Assembly: GCA_041663045.1 (NCBI GenBank)
Contig: JBAZRH010000001.1
Coordinates: forward strand, 340,403 to 404,402
Reading direction: 5' to 3'
DNA: 64,000 nucleotides
From: Minisyncoccota bacterium
GTDB lineage: Bacteria > Patescibacteriota > Minisyncoccia > Phycocordibacterales > GWA1-40-21
Positions 9,870 through 18,962 of this stretch are shown piece by piece (the stretch's first letter is position 1; every line of letters begins with the position of its first letter). The notes below the pieces were generated by a model. It was not told where the DNA came from and did not search any database. It saw only the letters and a list, made by a program, of their open reading frames with translations. The translations under genes and the position numbers were made by a program.

Positions 9870-11432
9870 ATGATTGATCACACCAGAAAATTTTTTATAT
9901 ACACTCGTAAATCTACCGATACTGAGGATCGGCAAGTTAGAAGCATTTCGGATCAACTGGCCGAGCTTAAAGAGTTAGCGGTTAAAGAACAAATCGAGGT
10001 TGTTGATATTTTTGTGGAAAAACAAACCGCTAAAGCCCCGGGTCGGCCAGTATTTAATGAAATGCTTCTCCGTATCGAAGCAAATGAGGCAAATGGAATT
10101 TTAGCGTGGCACCCCGACAGATTGGCGAGAAATAGTGTTGATGGTGGAAAAATTATCTATTTGCTCGATACGGGAAAAATTGCCGAGCTAAAATTTCCAA
10201 CTTTCTGGTGTGATACAACACCGCAAGGAAAGTTTATGCTCTCAATCGCTTTTTCTCAATCCAAGTATTACGTGGATAACTTGTCGGAGAATATCAAGCG
10301 CGGACACAGAAACAAAGTGAAGGAAGGAATATGGCCTCAAATGTCCCCGATAGGTTATGTCAATGTGAAAGGTGGTGGAATTATCCCTCACGCAGATTTA
10401 GCACCACTTGTTAAAAAGACATTTGAGGCATATTCAACTGGAAACTTCACTTTGCGGGAAGTCCGCGACAAGTTTAATGGGCTTGGATTGAAAAGAAAAA
10501 GCGGTAGAGAGCTTGCGGTGTCGAATTATCAAAAACTTCTCAAAAATCCTATTTACACCGGACTAATGAGATATAACGGAGAGATTTTTGAGGGAAAGCA
10601 CGAACCGATTATTTCAAAGAAACTTTTTGATCAATGTCAAGAAGTGATGATGAGAAAATCTAAACCTCACTCGAAAGGGCTAAAGCCATTTTTGTACAGA
10701 GGATTTTTCCGTTGCGGAGAATGTGGCTGTTTTATAACTACCGAGCAACAAAAAGGTCATCGCTATCTCCGCTGTACCAAACGGAAAAATCCTTGTACTC
10801 AAAAATATGTTCGTGAGGAGCTCATCACTTCTCAAATTCAAAATGAAATCAAAAAAGTTTCTTTGCCTCTCGATTGGACGGAGTGGATGATTGCCGAAAA
10901 TGCAAAAGATCGGCAATCAGAAGTCCAATCGAGTTCGCTTTTTGTGGATTCTGCAAAAGCCGATATTTCTCTTTTAGATTCCAAGATTGAGAAGCTGATG
11001 ACGGCGTATTTAGAGAACGCACTTTCAATTGAAGAATATCGCGACGCAAAAAGTGCGCTGGTTGCCTCAAAACAGCTTCTCAAAGAGAAATTATCGGCTT
11101 TTGAGCAAAAAGCGAATAATCGGTTCGAACTTACCGAAAAGTTTTTGAAATACAATATGGAATTGGCAAACGAGGGAACAAATGAAGAAAAACTTCATTT
11201 GTTCAAAAAAGTCGGTTCGAACTTTTTAATTAAGGATCGAACCGTACTTTTTGAGCCACGCGGAGCGTGGAAAACCCTTTTGGATTCTGAATTCGGCGGG
11301 GGGAATGCATTAGTGTCGCGCCTTCGGCGCGACCCCATTTTGGCTTCAAAAACTGATTTCGATTTTTGGCGGAAGTGGGAGGATTCGAACCTCCGATGCC
11401 CTTTCGAGCATGCCGCTTTTCGAGAGCGGTGA
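9870..11432 (+). CDS. Large serine recombinase/integrase
   Basis: YTRKST catalytic Ser, DRLARN, Zn ribbon CGECG...C...C, coiled coil; last ~20 codons are antisense tRNA-Ser. Confidence 0.95.
   Translation: MIDHTRKFFIYTRKSTDTEDRQVRSISDQLAELKELAVKEQIEVVDIFVEKQTAKAPGRPVFNEMLLRIEANEANGILAWHPDRLARNSVDGGKIIYLLDTGKIAELKFPTFWCDTTPQGKFMLSIAFSQSKYYVDNLSENIKRGHRNKVKEGIWPQMSPIGYVNVKGGGIIPHADLAPLVKKTFEAYSTGNFTLREVRDKFNGLGLKRKSGRELAVSNYQKLLKNPIYTGLMRYNGEIFEGKHEPIISKKLFDQCQEVMMRKSKPHSKGLKPFLYRGFFRCGECGCFITTEQQKGHRYLRCTKRKNPCTQKYVREELITSQIQNEIKKVSLPLDWTEWMIAENAKDRQSEVQSSSLFVDSAKADISLLDSKIEKLMTAYLENALSIEEYRDAKSALVASKQLLKEKLSAFEQKANNRFELTEKFLKYNMELANEGTNEEKLHLFKKVGSNFLIKDRTVLFEPRGAWKTLLDSEFGGGNALVSRLRRDPILASKTDFDFWRKWEDSNLRCPFEHAAFRER
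11253..11372 (+). repeat. 120-bp inverted repeat B, right copy
   Basis: Reverse complement of 9729-9848. Confidence 0.95.
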
Positions 11433-11456
11433 TTTCAACCACTCACCCACACTTCC
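11367..11456 (-). tRNA. tRNA-Ser(CGA)
   Basis: CCGCT-CTCGAAA-AGCGG anticodon arm, long variable arm, G73, CCA. Confidence 0.96.
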
Positions 11457-11521
11457 ATGTTTGTAAAGATAACATCTTTTTGCCTTTTTTTCAAAAAAAG
11501 GTTATATTGTTTGAGCCGTTT

Positions 11522-11596
11522 GGCCCTATCGTCTAATGGTTAGGACACGGCCTTTTCAAGGCTGTAATCAGGGTTCGATTCCCTGTAGGGTCACCA
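11522..11596 (+). tRNA. tRNA-Glu(TTC)
   Basis: GGCCCTA...CGGCC-TTTTCAA-GGCTG...GTTCGATTC...TAGGGTCACCA. Confidence 0.95.
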
Positions 11597-11751
11597 AAAA
11601 TTTACACAGTAATATTTTTGTGATTTTAAAATGTAAAAGTCTTTACATTTTAAAAGAATCGAAAGACGGACTGAGTAAAGACGAAGGAGTCGGGGTCGAG
11701 AGATTTTTCAGCAGAAAAATACTCGTGACCGATTCACCTTAATAAAATCAA

Positions 11752-11850
11752 ATGAAAATCTTAGGCATTGAAACCAGTTGCGACCCCGTAAAAATTTATC
11801 AGAATAAACTAACGGGGCGAGAAGTGGTATTTTTGTATTTTATCTGCTAA
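11752..11850 (+). pseudogene. Duplicated tsaD 5' fragment (MKILGIETSCD plus unrelated tail)
   Basis: First 11 codons encode the same peptide as tsaD with several different synonymous codons. Confidence 0.75.
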
Positions 11851-11862
11851 ATTATACTTAAC

Positions 11863-13059
11863 ATGAAGATTCTAGGAATCGAGACCAGTTGCGATGAAAC
11901 AGCAGTTTGCTTAATTGAAACCGACAAAGAAGTCGGCAATATTAAAATACTTGGTAATCAGCTATATTCTCAAATCGCTTTACATGCACAATATGGCGGA
12001 GTTTTCCCTATGATGGCAAAAAGAGAACATGCAAAAAATCTTATTCCACTGTTTGAAAGATGTTTGGAAGAAGCGAGCTGTATAAAAGAAGTAAGATCTC
12101 CTATCCTAGAATCAGCAAGAGAAAAACTCAAAGAACTCCTTGTAAAAGAAATGGATATTTTTGATCAGATTATTGAGCTTGCGGAGAAAATCGAAAAGCC
12201 AAATATAGATGCGATTGCCGTGACAAACGGCCCGGGGCTTGAGCCGGCACTTTGGGTCGGTGTGAATTTTGCAAAAGCACTTGAAATTATTTGGAATATT
12301 CCTATCATCCCCACAAATCATATGGAGGGACATATCCTTGTCGCAGCTATTGATAAAATAAAAACCGAGGAGTCACCTTCCAAGGCTAAGGAAACACCTC
12401 AATTTTTATTAAAAGAGATTAAATTCCCCGCTATCGCTCTTCTTATAAGTGGTGGGCATACCCAGCTTGTCCTCGCAAAAGACAATCTTCAATATGAAAT
12501 CGTCGGCAATACGAGAGACGACGCTGTGGGCGAAGCTTTTGATAAAGTTGCAAGGATTCTCGGTCTTCCATACCCGGGTGGACCACAGATTTCTAAACTC
12601 GCCGAAAAAGAAAGGGCAGAAAATCCAGATAAAAAACCGCCATATCCCCTACCTCGCCCCATGATCCATTCGGGTGATTTGGATTTTTCATTTTCCGGTT
12701 TGAAAACCGCGGTGCTTTATACTGTTAAAAAAATTCCCGAGATGACCGAAGAGATCAAACAAGAAATCGCCTGTGAATTTGAAAATGCCGTCTTGGAAGT
12801 GTTGACTAAGAAAACATTTGAAGCCGTCAGAAAATATAGTGCGAAAACAATAATAATTGGTGGAGGTGTCAGCGCAAATAAAAAGATAAGAAACGACTTT
12901 ACCGAAAAATCCAAAGCAGAAGATGTTGAACTGATGATTCCTGAAGTAAATGCTTCCACAGATAATGCCTTTATGATAGCCCTTGCCGGAGCGATAAATT
13001 TAGAAGCCGGTAAGAAAACCGCTACGGATTTCAGGGCAAGTGGGAATCTATCGCTTTAA
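11863..13059 (+). CDS. tsaD: tRNA threonylcarbamoyltransferase TsaD
   Basis: GIETSCDET, GPGL, HMEGH, SGGHT, DDAVGEAFDK, TDNA. Confidence 0.97.
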   Translation: MKILGIETSCDETAVCLIETDKEVGNIKILGNQLYSQIALHAQYGGVFPMMAKREHAKNLIPLFERCLEEASCIKEVRSPILESAREKLKELLVKEMDIFDQIIELAEKIEKPNIDAIAVTNGPGLEPALWVGVNFAKALEIIWNIPIIPTNHMEGHILVAAIDKIKTEESPSKAKETPQFLLKEIKFPAIALLISGGHTQLVLAKDNLQYEIVGNTRDDAVGEAFDKVARILGLPYPGGPQISKLAEKERAENPDKKPPYPLPRPMIHSGDLDFSFSGLKTAVLYTVKKIPEMTEEIKQEIACEFENAVLEVLTKKTFEAVRKYSAKTIIIGGGVSANKKIRNDFTEKSKAEDVELMIPEVNASTDNAFMIALAGAINLEAGKKTATDFRASGNLSL

Positions 13060-13114
13060 TAAGTTATCCACTTTCTGTTGTTGATTTTAATTAAAATAGA
13101 GCTAATATAATCAG

Positions 13115-13327
13115 GCCTTAGAATTTGGTACCTGCCCCATGGTGCAGTGACCATAAATCTGAGAGCTCCAAGTTCCCCATACGGGAACGGTCATGAACGC
13201 GAGGGTTCAACATCAGAACAACCCAACGCCCTGACCACAAGGAGGACACGGGGTACGTCCTTAAAGACCCAGCCCCCGACAAAACGATCATCTTTATCAA
13301 GATCGTCTAGTCGGGGCCTTTTCTTTT
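13115..13327 (+). ncRNA. Candidate structured ncRNA or leader upstream of valS
   Basis: TTGATT..TAATAT promoter-like site, GC-richer tract with several hairpins, ends in a stem plus U tract. Confidence 0.3.
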
Positions 13328-13361
13328 GTCTAAATATCATTTTTTTGCTATTATTCTTCAC

Positions 13362-15575
13362 ATGAATGATAAATTTTTGAAACCCTATAATCCGCAAGAA
13401 ACCGAACCGAGAATCTACCAGAAATGGCTAGATAGCGGATATTTCAATCCAGACAATCTCCCAGAAAGGCATAAAACCCCCTACACCATAATAATGCCAC
13501 CTCCAAATGTTACCGGCGTCCTTCACATGGGTCATGCTCTCACTTTGACTCTTGAAGATATAATGATCCGCTACAATAGAATGTGTGGTAAGAAAACTCT
13601 TTGGCTTCCGGGGACAGATCATGCTTCTATCGCCACTCAATCCAAAGTTGAAAAAGATATAAAGAAGAATGAAAATAAATCCAGATTTGATTTGGGTAGA
13701 GAAGAATTGTTAAAAAGAGTTGAAGCTTTTGCAAAACAAAGTCATGATACGATAATCTCCCAGACGAAAGTTATGGGTGCTTCTTGCGACTGGTCCCGAG
13801 AAGCATTTACGCTTGATGAGAAAAGAAATCTCGCCGTCCGCACTGCTTTCAAGAAAATGTATGACGACGGATTGATTTATAGAGGTTATAGAATAATAAA
13901 CTGGGATCCAAAAGGGCAGACAACAATTTCAGATGATGAAATTGTATACGAGGAAAGAGATGCAAAAATGTACACTTTCAAATATTCCAAAGACTTCCCC
14001 ATTTCAATATCCACCACAAGACCAGAAACAAAAGTCGGAGATACTGCCGTGGCTGTGCATCCAGACGACGCTAGGTATTATAAATATGTCGGTAAAGAAT
14101 ATGACGCCGTATTTTGTGGTGTTCCGATACATATAAAAATAATTGCGGATAAAGAAGTGGATAAAGAGTTCGGCACAGGAGCACTTGGTGTCACTCCGGC
14201 TCATAGTATGATCGACTGGGCACTTGCAGAAAGACATAACCTACCAAAAGTACAAGTAATAGATGAAAAGGCTAGAATGATGGTTGGTGGAGAAAATATA
14301 AAAGATAAAAAGGTTGCTGAAGCTAGAGAAGCTATTGTGGCATGGCTAAAATCCGAAGGACTTTTGGAAAAAGAAGAAAGTGTTAAACAAAATGTCTCTA
14401 CAGCAGAGAGAACTGGTGGAATCATCGAGCCTCTACCCAAACTTCAATGGTTTGTTGCTGTAAATAAAGAATTCACACTTCCCCACTCAAATATAAAAGG
14501 AATTAAAAGCGGGCAGAAAACGACACTGAAAGAAATAATGAAAAGTTCCGTCTCAAACGGGCAAGTAAATATTATTCCGGATTATTTCGGAAAGACATAT
14601 TTCCATTGGATAGAAAAACTCAATGACTGGTGCATTTCAAGACAGATTTGGTATGGACACAGAATTCCGGTCTGGTATAAAGGCAAAGAAATTTACTCTG
14701 GCACAGAAGCACCAAAAGAAGCTGGCTGGATTCAAGATGAAGACACTTTGGATACATGGTTTTCTTCCGCTATGTGGACATTTTCAACACTCGGCTGGCC
14801 CCATTCGATGAATACATCGACGGGCAAGCCAGAAAAGGGGTCTGATTTTGAGATGTATCATCCTACAGATGTATTGGAGACCGGATATGATATTTTATTC
14901 TTCTGGGTGGCAAGGATGATTCTTATGTCTGGATATTTGCTTGGTGATATACCATTTAAAAATGTATATCTGCACGGAATGGTTCGCGACGCAAAAGGCA
15001 GAAAGATGTCAAAAACCTTAGGCAATAATGTAGATCCTGTAGAAATGTCTGCTAAATTTGGTACAGATGCTGAAAGAATAGCATTGATAGTTGCAAACAC
15101 CCCGGGCACAGATTTTAAAATCTCGGAAGACAAAATCCGTGGTTACAAAAATTTCGCAAATAAAATATGGAATATAACGAGATTTATTTTAGAAAATACG
15201 AAAGGGACAAAACTAATTACGGATTTTGAGCAATACACAGAAAAAGATATATCATTAAGAAAAGAGAGACACGATATTCTGATTGATATTACGAAAGATA
15301 TAGACGAATACAGATTCTATATGGCTGCAGAGAAAATCTACCACTATGTCTGGCACAATCTGGCAGATATTATCCTTGAAGATAGCAAGAAAATATTAAG
15401 TAGCGGATCTGAAGAAGAAATAGTTTCTAGAAAACAATTCTTGCTCCATACTTTAGACAAGATCTTGAAAGTTTTGCACCCATTTATGCCGTTTGTCACC
15501 GAAGAAATCTGGGGCTCGCTTCCTGACTCAAAAAATCTTATAATAATAGAGGCTTGGCCAGTAAAAAATAACTAG
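13362..15575 (+). CDS. valS: Valyl-tRNA synthetase (no C-terminal coiled coil)
   Basis: PPPNVTG.LHMGH, DWCISRQIWYGH, DTWFSS, KMSKT; start at ATG 13362. Confidence 0.97.
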   Translation: MNDKFLKPYNPQETEPRIYQKWLDSGYFNPDNLPERHKTPYTIIMPPPNVTGVLHMGHALTLTLEDIMIRYNRMCGKKTLWLPGTDHASIATQSKVEKDIKKNENKSRFDLGREELLKRVEAFAKQSHDTIISQTKVMGASCDWSREAFTLDEKRNLAVRTAFKKMYDDGLIYRGYRIINWDPKGQTTISDDEIVYEERDAKMYTFKYSKDFPISISTTRPETKVGDTAVAVHPDDARYYKYVGKEYDAVFCGVPIHIKIIADKEVDKEFGTGALGVTPAHSMIDWALAERHNLPKVQVIDEKARMMVGGENIKDKKVAEAREAIVAWLKSEGLLEKEESVKQNVSTAERTGGIIEPLPKLQWFVAVNKEFTLPHSNIKGIKSGQKTTLKEIMKSSVSNGQVNIIPDYFGKTYFHWIEKLNDWCISRQIWYGHRIPVWYKGKEIYSGTEAPKEAGWIQDEDTLDTWFSSAMWTFSTLGWPHSMNTSTGKPEKGSDFEMYHPTDVLETGYDILFFWVARMILMSGYLLGDIPFKNVYLHGMVRDAKGRKMSKTLGNNVDPVEMSAKFGTDAERIALIVANTPGTDFKISEDKIRGYKNFANKIWNITRFILENTKGTKLITDFEQYTEKDISLRKERHDILIDITKDIDEYRFYMAAEKIYHYVWHNLADIILEDSKKILSSGSEEEIVSRKQFLLHTLDKILKVLHPFMPFVTEEIWGSLPDSKNLIIIEAWPVKNN

Positions 15576-15587
15576 AGACAACAAAAC

Positions 15588-16388
15588 TTGGACTCACATT
15601 TTCTAACAGCTCTTTTCTTTGCATTCTTGGGAGGGGCGCTCCCCACGCTCGCATGGCTTTTATTTTGGCTCAAGGAAGACAGTAAAAATCCTGAGCCAAA
15701 GAGAATGATCGCTGTCGCTTTCGTCGGCGGAATTATCGCTGTTGTGGTGGCACTCTATTTAGAAAGACTTGCCTATTCAATAAATATAAAACACCTACTC
15801 TCATTCGAGTGGTATGGGCAACTTATGACTTGGCTTCAAAACTATGCAAGAATGAATGGAGAAGTTTTTGAAAAATTGACTCTTGTCACTATCTTCGCAC
15901 CCATTATAGAAGAGTCTATAAAATATGTTTTTGCATGGGCGCTTGTGTTGAGATCGAGGTATGATGATGAACCGATAGATCCAGTGATTTATATGATAAC
16001 TATCGCACTAGGGTTTGCAGCTTTAGAAAATCTAATGTTTTTAATAGAACCATTCACAAAGAATGATATCGCTATTGGTATAATGAATGGAAATATGCGA
16101 TTCGTGGGGGCTACATTGCTACACACGATGTCTTCCGCTGCTATTGGTATGTTTATCGCCTTTAATTTCTTTGATAGTAAAATCAAAAAGTTTTTATGGA
16201 CAATCGCTGGAATTATATCGGCGATATTGCTACATTCTTTATTCAATTTCTTCATGATTGGAAATAGTAGCAATGCTAGCTTCATGGGGCTCCAATATCT
16301 CTGGGTTGTAGTTATTATTGTACTTCTTTTGTTTGAAAAAATAAAAAGAGTCAAAAACAGGTCAGTTTCAAGGCAGGAATTAGATTGA
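15588..16388 (+). CDS. PrsW-family intramembrane protease
   Basis: PEP, APIIEESIK, GFAALEN, H...HSLFN. Confidence 0.88.
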   Translation: MDSHFLTALFFAFLGGALPTLAWLLFWLKEDSKNPEPKRMIAVAFVGGIIAVVVALYLERLAYSINIKHLLSFEWYGQLMTWLQNYARMNGEVFEKLTLVTIFAPIIEESIKYVFAWALVLRSRYDDEPIDPVIYMITIALGFAALENLMFLIEPFTKNDIAIGIMNGNMRFVGATLLHTMSSAAIGMFIAFNFFDSKIKKFLWTIAGIISAILLHSLFNFFMIGNSSNASFMGLQYLWVVVIIVLLLFEKIKRVKNRSVSRQELD

Positions 16389-16458
16389 GACTATAATCAG
16401 TTTGGTATTTGTATTTTTTGAGGTATAATTATTAGCAGTAATATTAATAAACAAAACT

Positions 16459-16911
16459 ATGTCAAAAGAAAAGAAATCATTTTGGGGGAAATTCACTAGA
16501 GCAGTAAAAGTCAGAGATGAGGATGATGAATTAGAAAATAATAGTGAGGAAAATGAATCTGAGGAGTCAGATGATGATTCAGAAGGGCAACTTGCTATCG
16601 ATATGCATCAGACCCCTACAGAGATCGTGGTGAAGACTATGATCGCCGGTGTTAAACCAGAAGATTTGGATATTTCTATTACGAGAGATATGGTTACAAT
16701 AAAAGGCAAAAGAGAAGAAAGCCACGATACATTGAGTGAAGATTACTTCCACAGGGAACTTTATTGGGGTTCCTTTTCAAGATCTATTATCCTTCCACAA
16801 GAAATAGAAGTCGAAGACGCAGAGGCGATAAATAAAAATGGTTTGCTTATAATCAGACTACCCAAGCTAGACAAAAACAGACAAGCAAAATTGAAAGTAA
16901 AATCGGCATAA
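16459..16911 (+). CDS. Small heat shock protein Hsp20
   Basis: RELYWGSFSRSIILP, NGLLIIRLPK alpha-crystallin domain. Confidence 0.93.
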   Translation: MSKEKKSFWGKFTRAVKVRDEDDELENNSEENESEESDDDSEGQLAIDMHQTPTEIVVKTMIAGVKPEDLDISITRDMVTIKGKREESHDTLSEDYFHRELYWGSFSRSIILPQEIEVEDAEAINKNGLLIIRLPKLDKNRQAKLKVKSA

Positions 16912-16914
16912 TGT

Positions 16915-16945
16915 AAAAGCGGCGCACGAAGTGCGCCGCTTTTTT
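16915..16945 (+). terminator. Intrinsic terminator; inverted twin at 17820-17850
   Basis: aaaagcggcgcac-gaa-gtgcgccgcttttt. Confidence 0.8.
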
Positions 16946-17130
16946 GTGCCGAGGGCCGGGATCTCTCCTTCGCCTCTCGGTTCGCCGTCGCTTGCCTCGG
17001 AATAGGCACCAGCTCATCAGTTTTTCTTGCTAGAAAGACATGATTCCGCTGTTCTCGCCCGGACGCAAGCAAAGCAGTTTGCTTGCGTCATCGGCACATT
17101 TAAAAACACCTCATCGGTGTTTTCTAAATG
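16945..17130 (-). repeat. tRNA-Phe 3'-associated mini-element
   Basis: Direct copy tgtgccgagggccggg at 16945-16960; inverted 3'-end copy split by gcaagcaaa..tttgcttgc. Confidence 0.8.
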
Positions 17131-17203
17131 TGCCGAGGGCCGGGCTCGAACCGGCGACCCCTTCCTCTTCAGGGAAATGCTCTACCAACTGAGCTACCTC
17201 GGC
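17131..17203 (-). tRNA. tRNA-Phe(GAA)
   Basis: TTCC-CTGAAGA-GGAA anticodon arm, canonical D and T arms. Confidence 0.95.
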
Positions 17204-17260
17204 AGAAGTCTTTTTAAAGACCTTTTGATATTACACTATTTTAAAAGAATTTTCCAGAGC

Positions 17261-17548
17261 TTATCTAACTTTGTCTAGGAGGTTATTGATAGGATCTGTA
17301 ATCTTTGTTGTAGCGTTTTTTACTGTTTTAAGATCATTCTGAATACCGCTATAAACGTTTGAGACCATATTTAAATATGGTTGAATAAACCAATATGTCC
17401 CAAATGCCGCAACTATTATAATAATCCAGTAAATAACTCTAAAGAATGAGCTTAATCTATTAGATCTCCTTATGCTTCTGAGAATTTTATTATTTTCTTC
17501 AGAAAGATCATGAGTTTTCTGGAGAAGCTCTTTTTCGTTTGGATTCAT
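17261..17548 (-). CDS. Single-TM hypothetical protein
   Basis: 95-aa ORF with one TM helix; TATAAT just upstream. Confidence 0.75.
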   Translation of the reverse strand: MNPNEKELLQKTHDLSEENNKILRSIRRSNRLSSFFRVIYWIIIIVAAFGTYWFIQPYLNMVSNVYSGIQNDLKTVKNATTKITDPINNLLDKVR

Positions 17549-17574
17549 AATACAATTATATATTAAAAGCTATT

Positions 17575-17708
17575 GTGCCGCCAGTAAGACGCTCCGCTAT
17601 CTCACTCCTGGGAAACCCACGGTTTTCCCAATCCTTCCTTCACGGGAAAACAAGTGTTTCCCCGACCCCCTTCCTGTTCGATTCTTACTGACAGCAAGAA
17701 TCATCCAT
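17575..17708 (-). repeat. tRNA-Arg 3'-associated mini-element
   Basis: Direct copy gtgccgccagtaaga at 17575-17589; inverted copy gttcgattcttactgacagca near 17676-17696. Confidence 0.75.
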
Positions 17709-17783
17709 TGGTGCCGCCAGTAAGAATCGAACTTACATCTAATCCTTAGGACGGATTTGTTCTATCCATTGAACTATGGCGGC
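17709..17783 (-). tRNA. tRNA-Arg(CCT)
   Basis: ATCC-GTCCTAA-GGAT anticodon arm; encoded CCA. Confidence 0.92.
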
Positions 17784-17819
17784 TTATTGTTGAATATAAC
17801 ATAAAAACCAGTTAGAAAC

Positions 17820-17850
17820 AAAAAGCGGCGCACTTCGTGCGCCGCTTTTT
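17820..17850 (-). terminator. Intrinsic terminator of the glutaredoxin gene
   Basis: Reverse complement of 16915-16945. Confidence 0.8.
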
Positions 17851-17857
17851 GTTTCTG

Positions 17858-18091
17858 TTAAATCCCAAGTATTCCCGCTATCTTCTCTTCATTGAAACCG
17901 ACTATAATATCCCCATCTATATCTATTACAGGCACCCCCATTTGACCACTCTTTTCCATCATTTCCTTTCTCTTTGCTAAATCTTTTGCTACATCAAAAA
18001 CTGTGTATTTTACTTCATGTGCATCGAAGAAATCTTTTGCAAGATTACAATAATGACATGTAGGTGTTGAATAAATTGTTATTTTTTTCAT
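17858..18091 (-). CDS. Glutaredoxin/NrdH-like protein
   Basis: CHYC motif, SGQMGVPVI. Confidence 0.93.
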   Translation of the reverse strand: MKKITIYSTPTCHYCNLAKDFFDAHEVKYTVFDVAKDLAKRKEMMEKSGQMGVPVIDIDGDIIVGFNEEKIAGILGI

Positions 18092-18144
18092 ATTATTTTT
18101 GTAATTAACTTTTAACTATTCCATTATAACATGCCTGTCAAGAC

Positions 18145-18341
18145 TTTGTGCGGGTGGCGAGAATAAAATGAATCGGTCACAAGTTCTGGCTCGTCGCCAC
18201 TCGCCAGACTCGCGACCCCGCCTCGTAGTTTTTTGAAGCAAAAAACATACTCTGGCTTCCGATTCTCGACGCGAGCAAAGCAGTTTGCTCGCTCCACCCG
18301 CACAAAATAAATAATCCCCGTTTTTAGGATTATTTATTTTG
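18145..18341 (-). repeat. tRNA-Gly 3'-associated mini-element
   Basis: Direct copy tttgtgcgggtggcgagaat at 18145-18164; inverted tccgattctcg[palindrome]ccacccgca. Confidence 0.8.
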
Positions 18342-18412
18342 TGCGGGTGGCGAGAATCGGACTCGCGCCACATGCTTGGGAAGCACGCGTACTACCACTA
18401 TACTACACCCGC
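18342..18412 (-). tRNA. tRNA-Gly(CCC)
   Basis: GCGGGTG acceptor stem, GTGC-TTCCCAA-GCAT anticodon arm. Confidence 0.93.
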
Positions 18413-18421
18413 ATTTCTTAA

Positions 18422-18799
18422 TTATTTAAACCAATCTAAAAACTCCTGCCAGACATTAGTATTACTCATAGTGCTTGTTGTTTGAGTCGGGGAGTTTTCA
18501 TTTATTATTACGACAGTTTGCTCTCCTGGCCTCTTAACATCAAACTTACTCCTTATTTCTGCCTCAACACCCTCATCGGTCTTTAGTTTATCTATCTCTA
18601 AACTTAGCATCTTTTCTCTGGATTTCAAGTTATTATATTGCTTCTCAATCGTATCAAGGTTTCCTCGGCTGAGTAATTCTTTCTTATAGATATCATAAAC
18701 TTGTTTGACCATAAAACCCACAAGTAATAAAAGTACGAGCAAGGTTATTCTAGAATAAATTATCTTACGTATTTGTCTTTTCTGTTGAAAATCAATCAT
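18422..18799 (-). CDS. Septum formation initiator (FtsB/DivIC-like)
   Basis: N-terminal TM, coiled coil, EIRSKFDVKRPGE motif. Confidence 0.8.
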   Translation of the reverse strand: MIDFQQKRQIRKIIYSRITLLVLLLLVGFMVKQVYDIYKKELLSRGNLDTIEKQYNNLKSREKMLSLEIDKLKTDEGVEAEIRSKFDVKRPGEQTVVIINENSPTQTTSTMSNTNVWQEFLDWFK

Positions 18800-18854
18800 A
18801 CTTCGTGTATTATAACCAACATAGGTATTTTATAAAACTTAACGATTAATAACA

Positions 18855-18962
18855 ATGCTTTACAATAAAGGAACAAGGAAAGTGATTAAATGGATATGGT
18901 CTGTCGTAGCGGTGCTTATCATTATAAGTATGGTGGTACTTTATACGCCGTTTTGGAGATAG
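18855..18962 (+). CDS. Small membrane peptide, 35 aa (below the ORF-track cutoff)
   Basis: MLYNKGTRKVIKWIWSVVAVLIIISMVVLYTPFWR*: basic N-terminus plus TM helix. Confidence 0.5.
   Translation: MLYNKGTRKVIKWIWSVVAVLIIISMVVLYTPFWR

Larger units (their letters stand above)
5155..11372. mobile_element. Integrative island (large serine recombinase plus type II RM cargo) at the 3' end of tRNA-Ser(CGA)
   Basis: GCGG core at both ends (5155-5158, 11369-11372); recombinase reads into the tRNA; joined ends are reproduced inverted at 9304-9848. Confidence 0.85.

Noticed and set aside
13120-13327. T-box riboswitch, tmRNA or RNase P RNA before valS
   Set aside because: No T-box bulge consensus, no tRNA-Ala-like ends and no RNase P P4 signature were seen.
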